This document shows positions 38,120-48,573 of a DNA stretch of 64,000 nt, in pieces. Within the stretch, counting starts at the first letter, position 1. Each line of letters begins with the position of its first letter. The DNA is from Minisyncoccota bacterium. Lineage in GTDB: Bacteria > Patescibacteriota > Minisyncoccia > Phycocordibacterales > UBA1006. The stretch is from assembly GCA_021209525.1 (NCBI GenBank), contig JAJOIF010000004.1, forward strand, positions 35,730 to 99,729, in the 5' to 3' direction. The translations under genes were made by a program, and so were the position numbers. The notes beneath the pieces are model-generated. The model searched no databases and was not told where the DNA came from. It saw only the letters and a program-made list of their open reading frames with translations.

Positions 38120-39343
38120 TTACTCATATCGCAGAGCCTCAATTGGATTGAGGGCGCCTGCGCGACGAGCTGGATAATATCCGAACACAATGCCGATTAC
38201 GGCAGATACACCAAAGGCAAGAAGTATGGAACCAACTGATACTTTTGTTTGGATAATTCCAAACGCTGTTAGTCCGAAGGAAAGCGTTGCACCTAATACA
38301 ACTCCTATTACACCTCCAACAAGGGTGATAACAATTGCTTCTACAAGGAATTGACGATTAATATCACTTCGTTTCGCGCCAATTGCCTTGCGAAGACCAA
38401 TCTCTCTTGTTCGTTCAGTTACGGTGGTAAGCATCATGTTCATGATTCCGATACCACCCACTACAAGAGAGATGCCTGCAACAGCTCCAAGGAGAATAGT
38501 GAACGTTTGCGTTACACTTGAAGCTGTTGCAACAATGTCATTTTGATTCAGAATACTAAAATCAGCTGAAGCAGGATCGGATATACGATGTCGATCGAGA
38601 AGTAAATTTGTAATGTCCGTTTGCGCTTGCGACATTGCGTCAGCGTCTATAGCCTGGGCTGCAATTGTTGATACATAATTGTCACCGGCGAGGAATTTCT
38701 GTGCACTCGTTAGAGGAATAAATATCATGTCATCTTGGTTTTGAAATCCTGAACCTCCTTTTGCTGTTGTAATTCCAATAACCTTGAACTGCATTCCGTT
38801 TATACGAATTGTTTGACCAACAGCAGAAGCACCTTCGCCGAATAAATCATCTCGAACAGTTGGACCAAGTACTACAACCTTTGAAAGACTCTTTAAATTC
38901 TGATCTGACAGAAATACTCCTTCTGAAACAGAAACATTACGAACACTTGGATAATTTGGTGTTGCCCCCATAACAGTAGTGTTTGTGTTCGTACCTTTAC
39001 CAGTTACTTGATATCTTCCTGAAAGCTCAGCGGATACCGCAGAAATCGTTGAGACTTCCTCTGCTACAGCCTGAGCATCTTCATATGTGAGAGTACGCGC
39101 ACTCCCTCGCCCCTGACTTACTTGTGAACCTGGACCACCCTGTGCTCCTGGTGTGACTTGGATTAGGTTCGCACCAAGGGATTGGATATTAGATTGAATT
39201 GTACCTTGTGCTCCTTGACCAATAGCAACCATAGCAATAACCGATCCAATACCGATTATGATGCCAAGCATAGTAAGCCCCGTTCTCACTTTATTAGAGA
39301 GAAGCGCTGTATATGTTTCATGAATAATATCTGATGTTTTCAT
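38120..39343 (-). CDS. ABC transporter permease, MacB/FtsX family
   Basis: N-terminal TM, large periplasmic MacB-like domain, C-terminal FtsX 3-TM domain. Confidence 0.85.
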   Translation of the reverse strand: MKTSDIIHETYTALLSNKVRTGLTMLGIIIGIGSVIAMVAIGQGAQGTIQSNIQSLGANLIQVTPGAQGGPGSQVSQGRGSARTLTYEDAQAVAEEVSTISAVSAELSGRYQVTGKGTNTNTTVMGATPNYPSVRNVSVSEGVFLSDQNLKSLSKVVVLGPTVRDDLFGEGASAVGQTIRINGMQFKVIGITTAKGGSGFQNQDDMIFIPLTSAQKFLAGDNYVSTIAAQAIDADAMSQAQTDITNLLLDRHRISDPASADFSILNQNDIVATASSVTQTFTILLGAVAGISLVVGGIGIMNMMLTTVTERTREIGLRKAIGAKRSDINRQFLVEAIVITLVGGVIGVVLGATLSFGLTAFGIIQTKVSVGSILLAFGVSAVIGIVFGYYPARRAGALNPIEALRYE

Positions 39344-40053
39344 ACGTGGTGTTTTGCGTCTCTCTTTGAATGCGCCTTACCATCTTCAACAATCTGGCCG
39401 TCACGAATAAAGATGATGCGGTCCGCATGCTCAGCGACATCTGGTTCATGTGTGATAAGAATGACTGTTCGACCAAGTTCTTCATTGAGTTTCTGGAATG
39501 TGCCAAGCACGATGTTTCCAGTTTTTGTATCAAGATTTCCCGTAGGTTCATCAGCGAGGATAAGCGATGGATCATTTACAAGTGCGCGCGAGATTGCAAC
39601 ACGTTGAATTTGTCCACCCGAGAGCTGATTAGAGAGATGTTGAAAGTGCGTTTCATCGAGTCCTGCCGCCTTGAGTGCTTTAATCGCTTTCTTTTCTCTG
39701 TGTTCTTCATCAAGACCTGCATATACCAACGGAAGCATTGTGTTACGAAGAACGGTTGTGCGTGGAAGTAAATTGAAAGATTGAAATACAAAACCAACCT
39801 TTTCTCTACGAATGTCTGCAAGTTCGTCATCCGAAAGTGTTGAGACATCTTTTCCATCAAGGAAATATGTCCCCGAGGTCGGCGTATCGAGACATCCGAG
39901 AATATGCATCAGGGTAGACTTTCCAGATCCCGAAGGCCCCATGATGGCAACAAACTCCCCATCATTGATAGTAAAACTAACTCCCTTAAGAGCCTGAAAG
40001 GAGTTATCACTCCCAGCGTTATATGTCTTATTAATGTTCTTTATCTCGATCAT
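39340..40053 (-). CDS. ABC transporter ATP-binding protein (MacB/LolD-type)
   Basis: Walker A GPSGSGKST, signature LSGGQIQRVAISRAL, Walker B ILADEPTGNLD. Confidence 0.9.
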   Translation of the reverse strand: MIEIKNINKTYNAGSDNSFQALKGVSFTINDGEFVAIMGPSGSGKSTLMHILGCLDTPTSGTYFLDGKDVSTLSDDELADIRREKVGFVFQSFNLLPRTTVLRNTMLPLVYAGLDEEHREKKAIKALKAAGLDETHFQHLSNQLSGGQIQRVAISRALVNDPSLILADEPTGNLDTKTGNIVLGTFQKLNEELGRTVILITHEPDVAEHADRIIFIRDGQIVEDGKAHSKRDAKHHV

Positions 40054-40056
40054 AAA

Positions 40057-41754
40057 TTATCGTGGGAAATTTCCGCCTCCACCACCGAATCCACCCGAAG
40101 GTCGACCGCCTCCTGTGCTTCCGCCAAATAAACTAGGTGCTGCACTCTGAGTTGACTGAGTAGCTGTTGAATTAGTGGTTACAGTTCTCGATACATACTG
40201 TTGGCCTTCCTCAAGTCCACTTACAATCTCGATCGTTTCATCATTTGAAAGTCCTGTAACCACTTCTACCTGACTTGGCGGGTTAGGTAGTAATACACCA
40301 GTTCCACCTTGTGATCCTTGTGGAATCTCCTGATTAACCACTTCAACATAACTAATATTTCCTTGTGTTTTAACTGCGCTCACTGGAATTGCAAGAACAT
40401 CTTGTTTCATCTCAGTAATAATGTTTGCAGTTACCGTCATCCCTGGTTTAACCTTGTCGTCGTCTGTATCAAATCCAATTTTTACAGTGTAATTCACCAC
40501 ACCGGAGCTAACCGTACCAACCATATCAACCTCAACGACTTGCCCTGAGATAGTCAGTTCCTCAAGAGCGTCGAATGTAAGCGTTGCCTTTTGTCCAACT
40601 TCAACTTTTGCAACATCAATCTCATTAAGAGAGATCTCGGCAACTTTCTGTTTTGTAATAAGCGTTGCAATTGTTGCACCGCTGTTCATACTGTCACCTT
40701 TGTGAGCATCGACTGAGGCAATCACTCCGTCGAACGGAGCGCGAACGTAATAATCAGCGAGAGCTTCTCGCTTTTGTCGAAGTGATAATTCCTCTGAGCG
40801 GAGATCGAGTGTATCAGGACCTGCTTTTAGATCTTCAAGATCACGTTCAGCATCTTCCAATGCTCTCTTACTTGTAGACAAAGAGCTTTTTGCAGATGAC
40901 AAACTTGAAACAACAGCATTTGCATCTGCTACTAAACCAGTAACTGTGGAGTATGCTTCATCAGCTTCAGTTTGATTATTATCTTCTCTATCTCGAAGAT
41001 ATACGACCGCATCTTGTGCGTATTTTGTAGCTTGAGCAACAGAAACAGATATTTGATACGACTCACTAATCATCTTCTCAATATCTTCTCGTGGAGTTGA
41101 AGCAGAGATGATTCTGTATTGTTTAATAAATTCTTTCTGAAGTTTGTTGGCTGCGTAATAACTTTCCTCAGCACGATCAATATAATCTTTTGAGGTTTTA
41201 CTTAGACTAAAATTATTTGTAGTACTTAAGTATCCACTAAATAATTCATCGACACTAGCAAGCACATCAGCCATGTCAGTCGAAGCACTTGTGAGCGATG
41301 CTCGTGCATCAGTATATGCATCGTTTAAGTCTTCAGTTGCATCAGTAACAGCTCTTTCAGCATCACGAAGATCATCGGCATCAACATTGACTAGTTCTGC
41401 ATAAGAAATCTCAGCAGTCTCAAGCTCATATGCCGCGTCTCCTGCATCAAGTTGTGCAATGAGAGTTCCTGCCTTTACCTCTTGTCCTGCTTTTGCGTTG
41501 AGATATATAAGATCCCCGGATGCTTTTGCAGAAACATCTACTTGGTTTGAAGCAGATACTTGTCCTGTTCCACTGATGGAAGAAATAATTGACCCGCGTT
41601 CTACGGTCGCAAGAACGTATCTGGTTTCTTCATCGCCTTTACTGAACATTTGAAATGCTCCATATATCAGGACAACTAGAACAAGTGCTAAAACAGCAGA
41701 AGTCTTTTTGTGAGTAAGAACCCATGTTTTTGATTTTAAAATAAATGGTTTCAT
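40057..41754 (-). CDS. Periplasmic adaptor (HlyD/MacA-like membrane fusion protein) with Gly-rich C-terminus
   Basis: N-terminal TM, long coiled-coil, beta-barrel region. C-terminal GGSTGGGRPSGGFGGGGGNFPR. Confidence 0.75.
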   Translation of the reverse strand: MKPFILKSKTWVLTHKKTSAVLALVLVVLIYGAFQMFSKGDEETRYVLATVERGSIISSISGTGQVSASNQVDVSAKASGDLIYLNAKAGQEVKAGTLIAQLDAGDAAYELETAEISYAELVNVDADDLRDAERAVTDATEDLNDAYTDARASLTSASTDMADVLASVDELFSGYLSTTNNFSLSKTSKDYIDRAEESYYAANKLQKEFIKQYRIISASTPREDIEKMISESYQISVSVAQATKYAQDAVVYLRDREDNNQTEADEAYSTVTGLVADANAVVSSLSSAKSSLSTSKRALEDAERDLEDLKAGPDTLDLRSEELSLRQKREALADYYVRAPFDGVIASVDAHKGDSMNSGATIATLITKQKVAEISLNEIDVAKVEVGQKATLTFDALEELTISGQVVEVDMVGTVSSGVVNYTVKIGFDTDDDKVKPGMTVTANIITEMKQDVLAIPVSAVKTQGNISYVEVVNQEIPQGSQGGTGVLLPNPPSQVEVVTGLSNDETIEIVSGLEEGQQYVSRTVTTNSTATQSTQSAAPSLFGGSTGGGRPSGGFGGGGGNFPR

Positions 41755-41756
41755 AA

Positions 41757-42248
41757 TTATTGAGCAGGTTCGTTATTAGAGCGCATATCTGGTGGAGGCG
41801 GTGCCAAACGGATAAGCTTTGCATCGACCTGACCCTGATCATTTGGAGTTCCAAGAACAATAATGAAATCTCCAATAGAAAGCTGATCCGATTTTAGTGT
41901 GTCTCGGAACTCTCGAATCTCAGTGGTATCAGTAACAACCACTGTTTTTTCCAAATTATCTGGACCGGCAACGACAACTAATGGGAGGTTAATGCTTATA
42001 ATTTCTCCGACCGCTCCATGTCCACTGGGCATGTTCGCGCCTCCTGGGAGACCTCTCTGCATAAAGACTCCACCACGAGGATCTCTAAAATTTCTTTCAA
42101 AATTATCACCGAATCTATGCGCGAATGATGCCTTACGTTCTCCGACCGCTACACCAGATTGAAAGATGATGAGAGCGATGATTGCAATAAAAATTCCAAT
42201 AAGGATACCTTTGAACGACTGTGATTGTATGTATTCTTTTATGTTCAT
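41757..42248 (-). CDS. Secreted DUF5666-like protein (N-terminal TM + beta-rich domain)
   Basis: GEIISINLPLVVVAGPDN...DFIIVLGTPNDQGQVDAKLIRL. Paralog of 37660-38094. Confidence 0.45.
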   Translation of the reverse strand: MNIKEYIQSQSFKGILIGIFIAIIALIIFQSGVAVGERKASFAHRFGDNFERNFRDPRGGVFMQRGLPGGANMPSGHGAVGEIISINLPLVVVAGPDNLEKTVVVTDTTEIREFRDTLKSDQLSIGDFIIVLGTPNDQGQVDAKLIRLAPPPPDMRSNNEPAQ

Positions 42249-42259
42249 ATTTTTAAAAG

Positions 42260-42673
42260 TTAATTGTTAAATGAGGGCATTAAATGTGGTTTCGCATTAT
42301 TTACTAATACACGCATTGAAGTGAGAAGTGTCGCAAGAGCAATGAGTGCAAGTGTTATCCCAACAAACGGTACTGTTTCAATGAGTGGCAGTGACAATTC
42401 TTTCCAATAAGAAACTGCGATATCAGGATCAGAGAAAATGAGTGAGAAGTAGCTATAAAAACTGGACTGATAAAACCCTTGGAGCATGTACTTAAACGCA
42501 AAAACCGCACCGAGAGATGAGGTTGCAATTGTGGCAAGTGCTACAAATACATACATTCGAGCACGACGAATTTCTTCACTTTTTATAGAAGCGATAATTT
42601 TTCCACGAAGTCCTTTAGGTAATTCTAATCTGTCCATAACATATATACGAAAACAGGATGCATTTTGGTGCAT
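42260..42673 (-). CDS. Membrane protein in the anti-sigma position (3-4 TM)
   Basis: Immediately downstream of the ECF sigma. Hydrophobic segments. Confidence 0.35.
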   Translation of the reverse strand: MHQNASCFRIYVMDRLELPKGLRGKIIASIKSEEIRRARMYVFVALATIATSSLGAVFAFKYMLQGFYQSSFYSYFSLIFSDPDIAVSYWKELSLPLIETVPFVGITLALIALATLLTSMRVLVNNAKPHLMPSFNN

Positions 42674-42688
42674 CCTGTTTCTTTGAGA

Positions 42689-43258
42689 TTAAGCGGTCTG
42701 GGTTTCAAGTAATCGCCGTAGTGCGACTAAACCTCTTCGATGTTGGCTTTTGACGGTATGGAGAGGTCGCTTGAGTACTTTGCCTATTTCATCAAATGTC
42801 ATATTGCTTGTGTGGCGAAGCGTGAGAACTTCCCGATACTCGGGGTTGATCTGTCCAAGTAGTATTCCGAGGAATCTCGCATCTTCTGCTCTGGCAAGTA
42901 ATTCATCAGGCAAAGGTCCTGTATCAGCAAGGGTTGCAACAAGCACATTCTCACCATCGGTATTTGTCTCAAAGGCAGAAAATGGTACTGCCTTTTTCTT
43001 TCTAAGAAAATCAATTGCTGTGTTGCGAATGATACTAAAAAGCCAACCTCGGAAACTATTTCCTGGCACAAATTTTCGCATATTCTTCCATGCTTTAGTA
43101 AAAGATTCTTGGGTGATATCTTCTGCAACTTGAGTATCGCCAGTTAGTTTAACTGCGAACGTATAAGCATCGCTAAGATAACGATCAACAAGAACCGTAA
43201 GGGCTTTTTCATTTCCCTCAAGATAATCAGAAATTAGTTGTTCGTCTGATTTATTCAT
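42689..43258 (-). CDS. ECF (sigma-24 family) RNA polymerase sigma factor
   Basis: Region 2 (DITQESFTKAWKNM) and region 4 HTH (MTFDEIGKVLKRPLHTVKSQHRRG). Confidence 0.8.
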   Translation of the reverse strand: MNKSDEQLISDYLEGNEKALTVLVDRYLSDAYTFAVKLTGDTQVAEDITQESFTKAWKNMRKFVPGNSFRGWLFSIIRNTAIDFLRKKKAVPFSAFETNTDGENVLVATLADTGPLPDELLARAEDARFLGILLGQINPEYREVLTLRHTSNMTFDEIGKVLKRPLHTVKSQHRRGLVALRRLLETQTA

Positions 43259-43388
43259 CTTTTACATTATAGCAAAAAATCACCGCTTTGTTGACGGTGA
43301 TTTTTTGCTCTGGTTACTGCTCTCAGCAGATATGCAATTACTGTATAGATTTCCTGATTAGCTCTATCTTTGAGCTAGCTCAAGTTTG

Positions 43389-43459
43389 CTGCCGGGCTAG
43401 GACTCGAACCTAGATACCCAGGACCAAAACCTGGTGTCCTACCATTAGACGACCCGGCA
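43389..43459 (-). tRNA. tRNA-Gln (TTG)
   Basis: Revcomp TGCCGGG...CCCGGCA acceptor (U1:A72), anticodon arm CCAGG-TTTTGGT-CCTGG, T-arm CTAGG-TTCGAGT-CCTAG. Confidence 0.85.
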
Positions 43460-43477
43460 CTACTGTGCATACCAGCG

Positions 43478-44515
43478 CTACATATCTTGCCCTAAAATAC
43501 GCATAAATGCAAGCTCAAGAGCAAGGACAGGAATCGCTGCGTGTCGCATATGTGCATGCGCTTCGAGCAAGTGCGCGATAGCTTGTGCATTAATATGCTT
43601 GCCCTCTATAGTACTCATTTTTTTCAAAAATGCAAAGTCTGTATCTGTGTATTCTTGAGCAAGATATGCTGATGCTTGGGGTGCAAAACGAATGAGGAGT
43701 ATTGCGCGTAATTGTTGCAATAAAAATAGTACTGATAATGAAATATCTGCATGATCAGCAGTGAGTTGTTGCAGTGCGCGCGTAATAGATTCAAAATCAT
43801 GATGCGCAATACCCGTAATGAGTTCGTGAATAATTTCTTGGGATGGAATACCGGTCACGAGACGGAGCGCATCATACGTAATTTCCGTACCCGGTGTTGC
43901 AGCAATGATCTTTTGGAGCATCCCTTGCGTGTCACGAAATGAACCATCACCCAAGAGCGCAATAGCTTCAGGTACACCTACGCCCAGTGTATATCCTTCG
44001 CGCGTAGCAATATCGCGCACGACATCCTGAAGGAGCGCATGCGTTGGTTTGTGAAAATGGAGTACCTGACAACGAGAAACAATGGTCGGCAAAATTTTGT
44101 CGAGTTCAGTCGTTGCTAAAATAAAAATAACATGAGCAGGTGGTTCTTCGAGGGTTTTCAAGAGTGCATTAAATGCATCCTTGGTGAGCATATGCACCTC
44201 GTCAATAATGTACACTTTGTATGGTGATGAAAATGGAAGTGTCCCTACTCCACTACGGAGTTCGCGAATATCATCAATACCTCGATGTGAAGCCGCGTCA
44301 ATTTCATAGAGATCATGATCGTGCGTACCAAGTGCTTTTGCAAAAATGCGCGCAAGAGTAGTCTTGCCGGTACCACGAGACCCCGCAAAGAGATAGGCGT
44401 GCGCAATAGATTGCTGAGCAAGAGCGCCTTCAAGGACAGAGACAATGTGATCTTGACCACGGACATCGGCAAATGTTTGTGGGCGATATTTACGATAGAG
44501 TGCTTGAAATGACAT
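43478..44515 (-). CDS. dnaX: DNA polymerase III gamma/tau-like clamp-loader subunit (short form)
   Basis: YRKYRPQTFADVRGQ, Walker A GSRGTGKTT, SRC motif SRCQ. Confidence 0.75.
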   Translation of the reverse strand: MSFQALYRKYRPQTFADVRGQDHIVSVLEGALAQQSIAHAYLFAGSRGTGKTTLARIFAKALGTHDHDLYEIDAASHRGIDDIRELRSGVGTLPFSSPYKVYIIDEVHMLTKDAFNALLKTLEEPPAHVIFILATTELDKILPTIVSRCQVLHFHKPTHALLQDVVRDIATREGYTLGVGVPEAIALLGDGSFRDTQGMLQKIIAATPGTEITYDALRLVTGIPSQEIIHELITGIAHHDFESITRALQQLTADHADISLSVLFLLQQLRAILLIRFAPQASAYLAQEYTDTDFAFLKKMSTIEGKHINAQAIAHLLEAHAHMRHAAIPVLALELAFMRILGQDM

Positions 44516-44535
44516 GCAGAGAGTATACCATATTT

Positions 44536-45546
44536 TTATAAAATAATAATATCATCCGCATGCGGACTTTCCTCAAGGAATTGTTGGACACGCGCTTGAA
44601 TAGTTGCATAATCTGGCGCATCCATAAGCTCAATACGTAATTCTTTTGCAGAAGGAAATCCGTGCACATATGCTTTGTAGTGCTTTTTCATTACAGAGAA
44701 TTTCTTGATGTCGCCAATGAGCTCTAAAAAGAGTTCAGTGTGCTCGAGCATCACCATGAGGCGTTCACGCACCGTCACTGTTTTCTTGGATTCATCAAAG
44801 AGCCATGGATTACCAAAAACAGCCTTACCCATCATCACCCCGTCACATCCCGTAAGCGCTACAACATGACGCGAATCATCATGATTCATGATGCCACCAT
44901 TGGCGATAATGCGTGTCTCCTTGCCAGAAGCATTGCGAATTTCTACAGCGCGCGCTACCGCATCCCAATGTGGAGGCACTTTGGAAAGCTCTTGGCGTGT
45001 ACGCGCATGAATGGTAATGACTGCAGGATCAGCTTCGAGCAGCGCCGGAAGCCATGTTTCAATTTCATTACGCGTCCATCCGATACGAATTTTTACACTA
45101 ATGGGTAAGTGCGGTGCACCTGCTTGTGTTGCACGAATAATTTCTTGGGCAAGGGGTGGGTTTTTGCAGAGTGCTGCACCAGCACCTTGTTTATTAACGG
45201 TACGATCTGGGCATCCCATATTAATATCAATGCCATCATATCCAAGATCAGCAACCATCCGCGCGACGAGGGTAAAATTTTCAGGACGTGCCCCAAAGAG
45301 TTGCGCAACAATAGGACGCTCCCCTTCTGAATACGCAAGATCACGCATGAGGCGATCGCGGCCACCCTCTGAAGCGAGTCCGTCAACAGATACGAATTCA
45401 TTCCATATCACCGAAGGACCACCACCTGGTGCTCCCATGCGAGAATATTTTGCAATGATGCGACGAAAAGCGCTGTCAGTGACATCAGCCATAGGGGCAA
45501 GTACGATGTACGGTTTTTCTAAATCTTTCCAAAATCCTAATTCCAT
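44536..45546 (-). CDS. dus: tRNA-dihydrouridine synthase
   Basis: TIM-barrel Dus motifs LAPMADVTD and INMGCP. Confidence 0.85.
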   Translation of the reverse strand: MELGFWKDLEKPYIVLAPMADVTDSAFRRIIAKYSRMGAPGGGPSVIWNEFVSVDGLASEGGRDRLMRDLAYSEGERPIVAQLFGARPENFTLVARMVADLGYDGIDINMGCPDRTVNKQGAGAALCKNPPLAQEIIRATQAGAPHLPISVKIRIGWTRNEIETWLPALLEADPAVITIHARTRQELSKVPPHWDAVARAVEIRNASGKETRIIANGGIMNHDDSRHVVALTGCDGVMMGKAVFGNPWLFDESKKTVTVRERLMVMLEHTELFLELIGDIKKFSVMKKHYKAYVHGFPSAKELRIELMDAPDYATIQARVQQFLEESPHADDIIIL

Positions 45547-45670
45547 ATAGCGCTTATACTACAGGTCAGCGCGCTAACAATCAAGTCCCTTTCTTTTTAT
45601 GCGCACCAAAAAAAACAACGAGATACTCATTGCTTTACTGACATATCTTGAGCAAAGAACAGAAATATTC

Positions 45671-46540
45671 TTAATAAAATTTAAAGAGTGCGCGTCCTTC
45701 AAAGCGTACATCAATATAGTGCAGGTCTTCGCCTTGTTGCAAGCGCTCACGAAAACGAGATTGCTCACGCACAGCAGTAATAGCAGCGAGAATGACGTCT
45801 GGATCTTGGGTAAGAGCAATACGTATATGACTCTCATGAGGCATACTGCGTCCGTCCAAGGTGTCAATATATAATTCAATATCACGATGCTCGCCTTGAG
45901 ATATTTTATACACAAAGACACCGCGTGATTCTAATTCTTGACGTAGGGCAAGGAGCATCTCAAAGTCGCCTTCATTAAAAACATACCTACCGAGCGGTTC
46001 TCCGTACTCAGCTTCGCGCGTATGAAATTTCATATACACATAATCAGAAAAAAGCGGCGCACGCGCAAAGACATATCCATCACGCGCCACATACCAACAT
46101 ATTTCAGATGTGCGCATTGTTGTAGATTCAGTTTCTGTATAGGTACACCATAAATACGCAGGCGCATATTCACGAAGCGAAATGACTATGTGACGCAATC
46201 CATTGCGCTCAATACGTATTTCTTCAATACGTGAAATACGATCAGGCAAGAGTGTACGCATGCGACGCTTGGGTACAAACAAGAGCGATGTGCGCGGTAC
46301 GAGCCCGAGCCATTTTTCTTCAAGGAGCGGATCCGTCACACGACGTAATTCATATTCAGCAATCATCGTATTGCCGATAAAAGTGACTGACTCAATCTGC
46401 AAAAAAGGACGCCGCAGCACCATCACGAGCAAGATACCCACCACAATGAGCGCACATAGATTGAGTACGCCAAAGACGATATTGGTACGAAGCGAGGCTT
46501 CTTGTTTTTCTTGCATGCGCACGCGACCTTTAGTAGACAT
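45671..46540 (-). CDS. FtsQ/DivIB-like cell-division protein (single TM + POTRA-like region)
   Basis: N-terminal basic region, TM IVFGVLNLCALIVVGILLVMVL, then beta-rich domain. Confidence 0.4.
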   Translation of the reverse strand: MSTKGRVRMQEKQEASLRTNIVFGVLNLCALIVVGILLVMVLRRPFLQIESVTFIGNTMIAEYELRRVTDPLLEEKWLGLVPRTSLLFVPKRRMRTLLPDRISRIEEIRIERNGLRHIVISLREYAPAYLWCTYTETESTTMRTSEICWYVARDGYVFARAPLFSDYVYMKFHTREAEYGEPLGRYVFNEGDFEMLLALRQELESRGVFVYKISQGEHRDIELYIDTLDGRSMPHESHIRIALTQDPDVILAAITAVREQSRFRERLQQGEDLHYIDVRFEGRALFKFY

Positions 46541-46549
46541 AGAGGAATG

Positions 46550-47821
46550 TTAGAGCGAATGACTTAAGATGTCTTTTTTCATATACGGACGAAGGACTTC
46601 GGGAATGACAACAGTTCCGTCAGCTTGTTGGAAATTTTCAACGAGTGCCACCAAGAGGCGCGGTGTTGCAGCAGCGGTATTGTTCAAGGAATGTGCAAAA
46701 CGCATATTACCTTCGGCGTCTTTGTAGCGCACATTAAAACGACGTGTTTGAAAATCATGAAAATATGATGCACTCGCTAATTCACGATATTGATTTTGTG
46801 ACGGGAACCACGCCTCAATGTCGTATTGTTTGACTTTGCTCGCAGAAAGATCACCTGTACAAATAAGGAGGCGACGGTATGGAATACCGAGCGATTCTAG
46901 AAACATTTCAAAATTGCGTGTAATTTCTTCGTGGAGTTCATGTGACACTTGATGATCCGCAGGGCACAACACAACTTGCTCTAATTTATAAAATTCATGT
47001 ACACGAATGAGCCCTTTGGTGTCCTTGCTATGACTCCCGGCTTCGCGGCGATAACATGGAGAGAAAGCGAGGAATCGTTTTGGAAAATCTGATGCCGCGA
47101 GCACTTCATCAGCATAATATCCCATCATAGAAACTTCTGATGTTCCGGTTAAGTAATCTTCGTCCTGAGTAACAAAAAGGTCTTCGGCATCATTGGGCAA
47201 GTGCCCTGTCGCATAAAAATATGGCTTGCGTACAACAGCTGGTGCAATGAATGATTCGAAATTACGCGCACCAAAAAAATCACGTGCATAATTCCAAATT
47301 GCCCATGACAATTCTGCGCCATCCTTTTTCAAGAAATACCCACGAAAACCGTGTACTTTGGTACCGCGCTCAAAATCAACCATATCCAAGTCTTTCATAA
47401 TATCAACATGGTCGCGCACCGGAAAATCAAATTGCGGTAGCGTACCCCATGTCGCCACTTCGACATTATCTTCTTCGCCCCGACCTTCGGGTACAGAAAT
47501 ATGAGGAATATTAGGCACAGCAAGCATGAGCATACGCCATTCTTCCATGATTGTTTTGAGGCGTTCTTCGTATTCTTGAAGATCCGCCTTGAGCGCACGC
47601 ATTTCAGTCAAGAGTTGCTCCTTGATATCTGGCGTTGCTGCAGTAGCAATGTTTTTGCTCACCATATTTTGTTCTGCGCGAAAATGTTCAACGCGCTGAA
47701 GTACTGCCCGGCGATCTTCGTCAACAGCCAATAGACGATCAATGTCTACAGTGATATTTTTCTTGCGCGCCGCTTCTTTGATAATGTCGGTGTGATTACG
47801 TATAAAATGGATATCTAACAT
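46550..47821 (-). CDS. serS: Seryl-tRNA synthetase
   Basis: N-terminal coiled-coil. Class II motifs including FRRE-like YRREAGSHSKDTKGLIRVHEF. Confidence 0.9.
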   Translation of the reverse strand: MLDIHFIRNHTDIIKEAARKKNITVDIDRLLAVDEDRRAVLQRVEHFRAEQNMVSKNIATAATPDIKEQLLTEMRALKADLQEYEERLKTIMEEWRMLMLAVPNIPHISVPEGRGEEDNVEVATWGTLPQFDFPVRDHVDIMKDLDMVDFERGTKVHGFRGYFLKKDGAELSWAIWNYARDFFGARNFESFIAPAVVRKPYFYATGHLPNDAEDLFVTQDEDYLTGTSEVSMMGYYADEVLAASDFPKRFLAFSPCYRREAGSHSKDTKGLIRVHEFYKLEQVVLCPADHQVSHELHEEITRNFEMFLESLGIPYRRLLICTGDLSASKVKQYDIEAWFPSQNQYRELASASYFHDFQTRRFNVRYKDAEGNMRFAHSLNNTAAATPRLLVALVENFQQADGTVVIPEVLRPYMKKDILSHSL

Positions 47822-47909
47822 ATACATATAGTATACATAATTTTATGATTTTAAGAAAATAAAAACCCCTCACCATTGTAGGCGGGGGTTTTGGTTAAGA
47901 AAATACTTA

Positions 47910-48458
47910 TTACACATTCATGAGCGCATAAGCATAATCTCTCTTTTTAAAAGAGAGTAGTTCGCACGCTCTCTTAAATGCCAGTTTATGTCCAGGGAAA
48001 ATCACCTTGGACAAATTTTGAGCGCTCATCCAAAAAGGAGGTGATACTTCTCCTGCATCAGCGCTTGATACGGTCTTTAATATACCGCCAGCTTTTCCAA
48101 TTAAAAAAAATACCTTGTGATGCACATTATATGCACCACTATTTTTCTTAGGTGGAAAAATTTGATGCTGAATGATCTCAGCTTCATTTTGAGCAGGAAA
48201 CAATCCTGTTTCGGTCTTCATTTCTCTTACAAGGTTTTCAAAAGGAGACTCTCCTTCTTTTGAGCACCCTCCAGGAAATTTGATCTGAAGTGGACCTATT
48301 CCATCTCTGCGATAATTCACTACTAAAAATTTTATTTCTCTTGAATCTGTATCAAAAGTATAAAAAATTCCCGCAGCAAAAAAATCATTTTCAGAATTAT
48401 GGATCATTTCAAGAATTTCTTGATTTTCCATTTCTTTAATTATTTGCTCTTTTTCCAT
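47910..48458 (-). CDS. NUDIX hydrolase
   Basis: Nudix box GGCSKEGESPFENLVREMKTETGL. Confidence 0.75.
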   Translation of the reverse strand: MEKEQIIKEMENQEILEMIHNSENDFFAAGIFYTFDTDSREIKFLVVNYRRDGIGPLQIKFPGGCSKEGESPFENLVREMKTETGLFPAQNEAEIIQHQIFPPKKNSGAYNVHHKVFFLIGKAGGILKTVSSADAGEVSPPFWMSAQNLSKVIFPGHKLAFKRACELLSFKKRDYAYALMNV

Positions 48459-48573
48459 TTTTTAAGTTTTAAAAGTTTTTGCCAATATTAGCCTAATAAA
48501 TATATTAGCATAGTTATCTATATATGTCAAATAATTTATCATAATTTGAAGAGATTCATGTTATATACATTCT

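Noticed and set aside
45011-45550. 179-aa plus-strand ORF opposite dus (and 44740..45108, 45093..45401)
   Set aside because: Antisense or alternate frames of the tRNA-dihydrouridine synthase gene. Arg/Ser-rich composition from the GC-rich region
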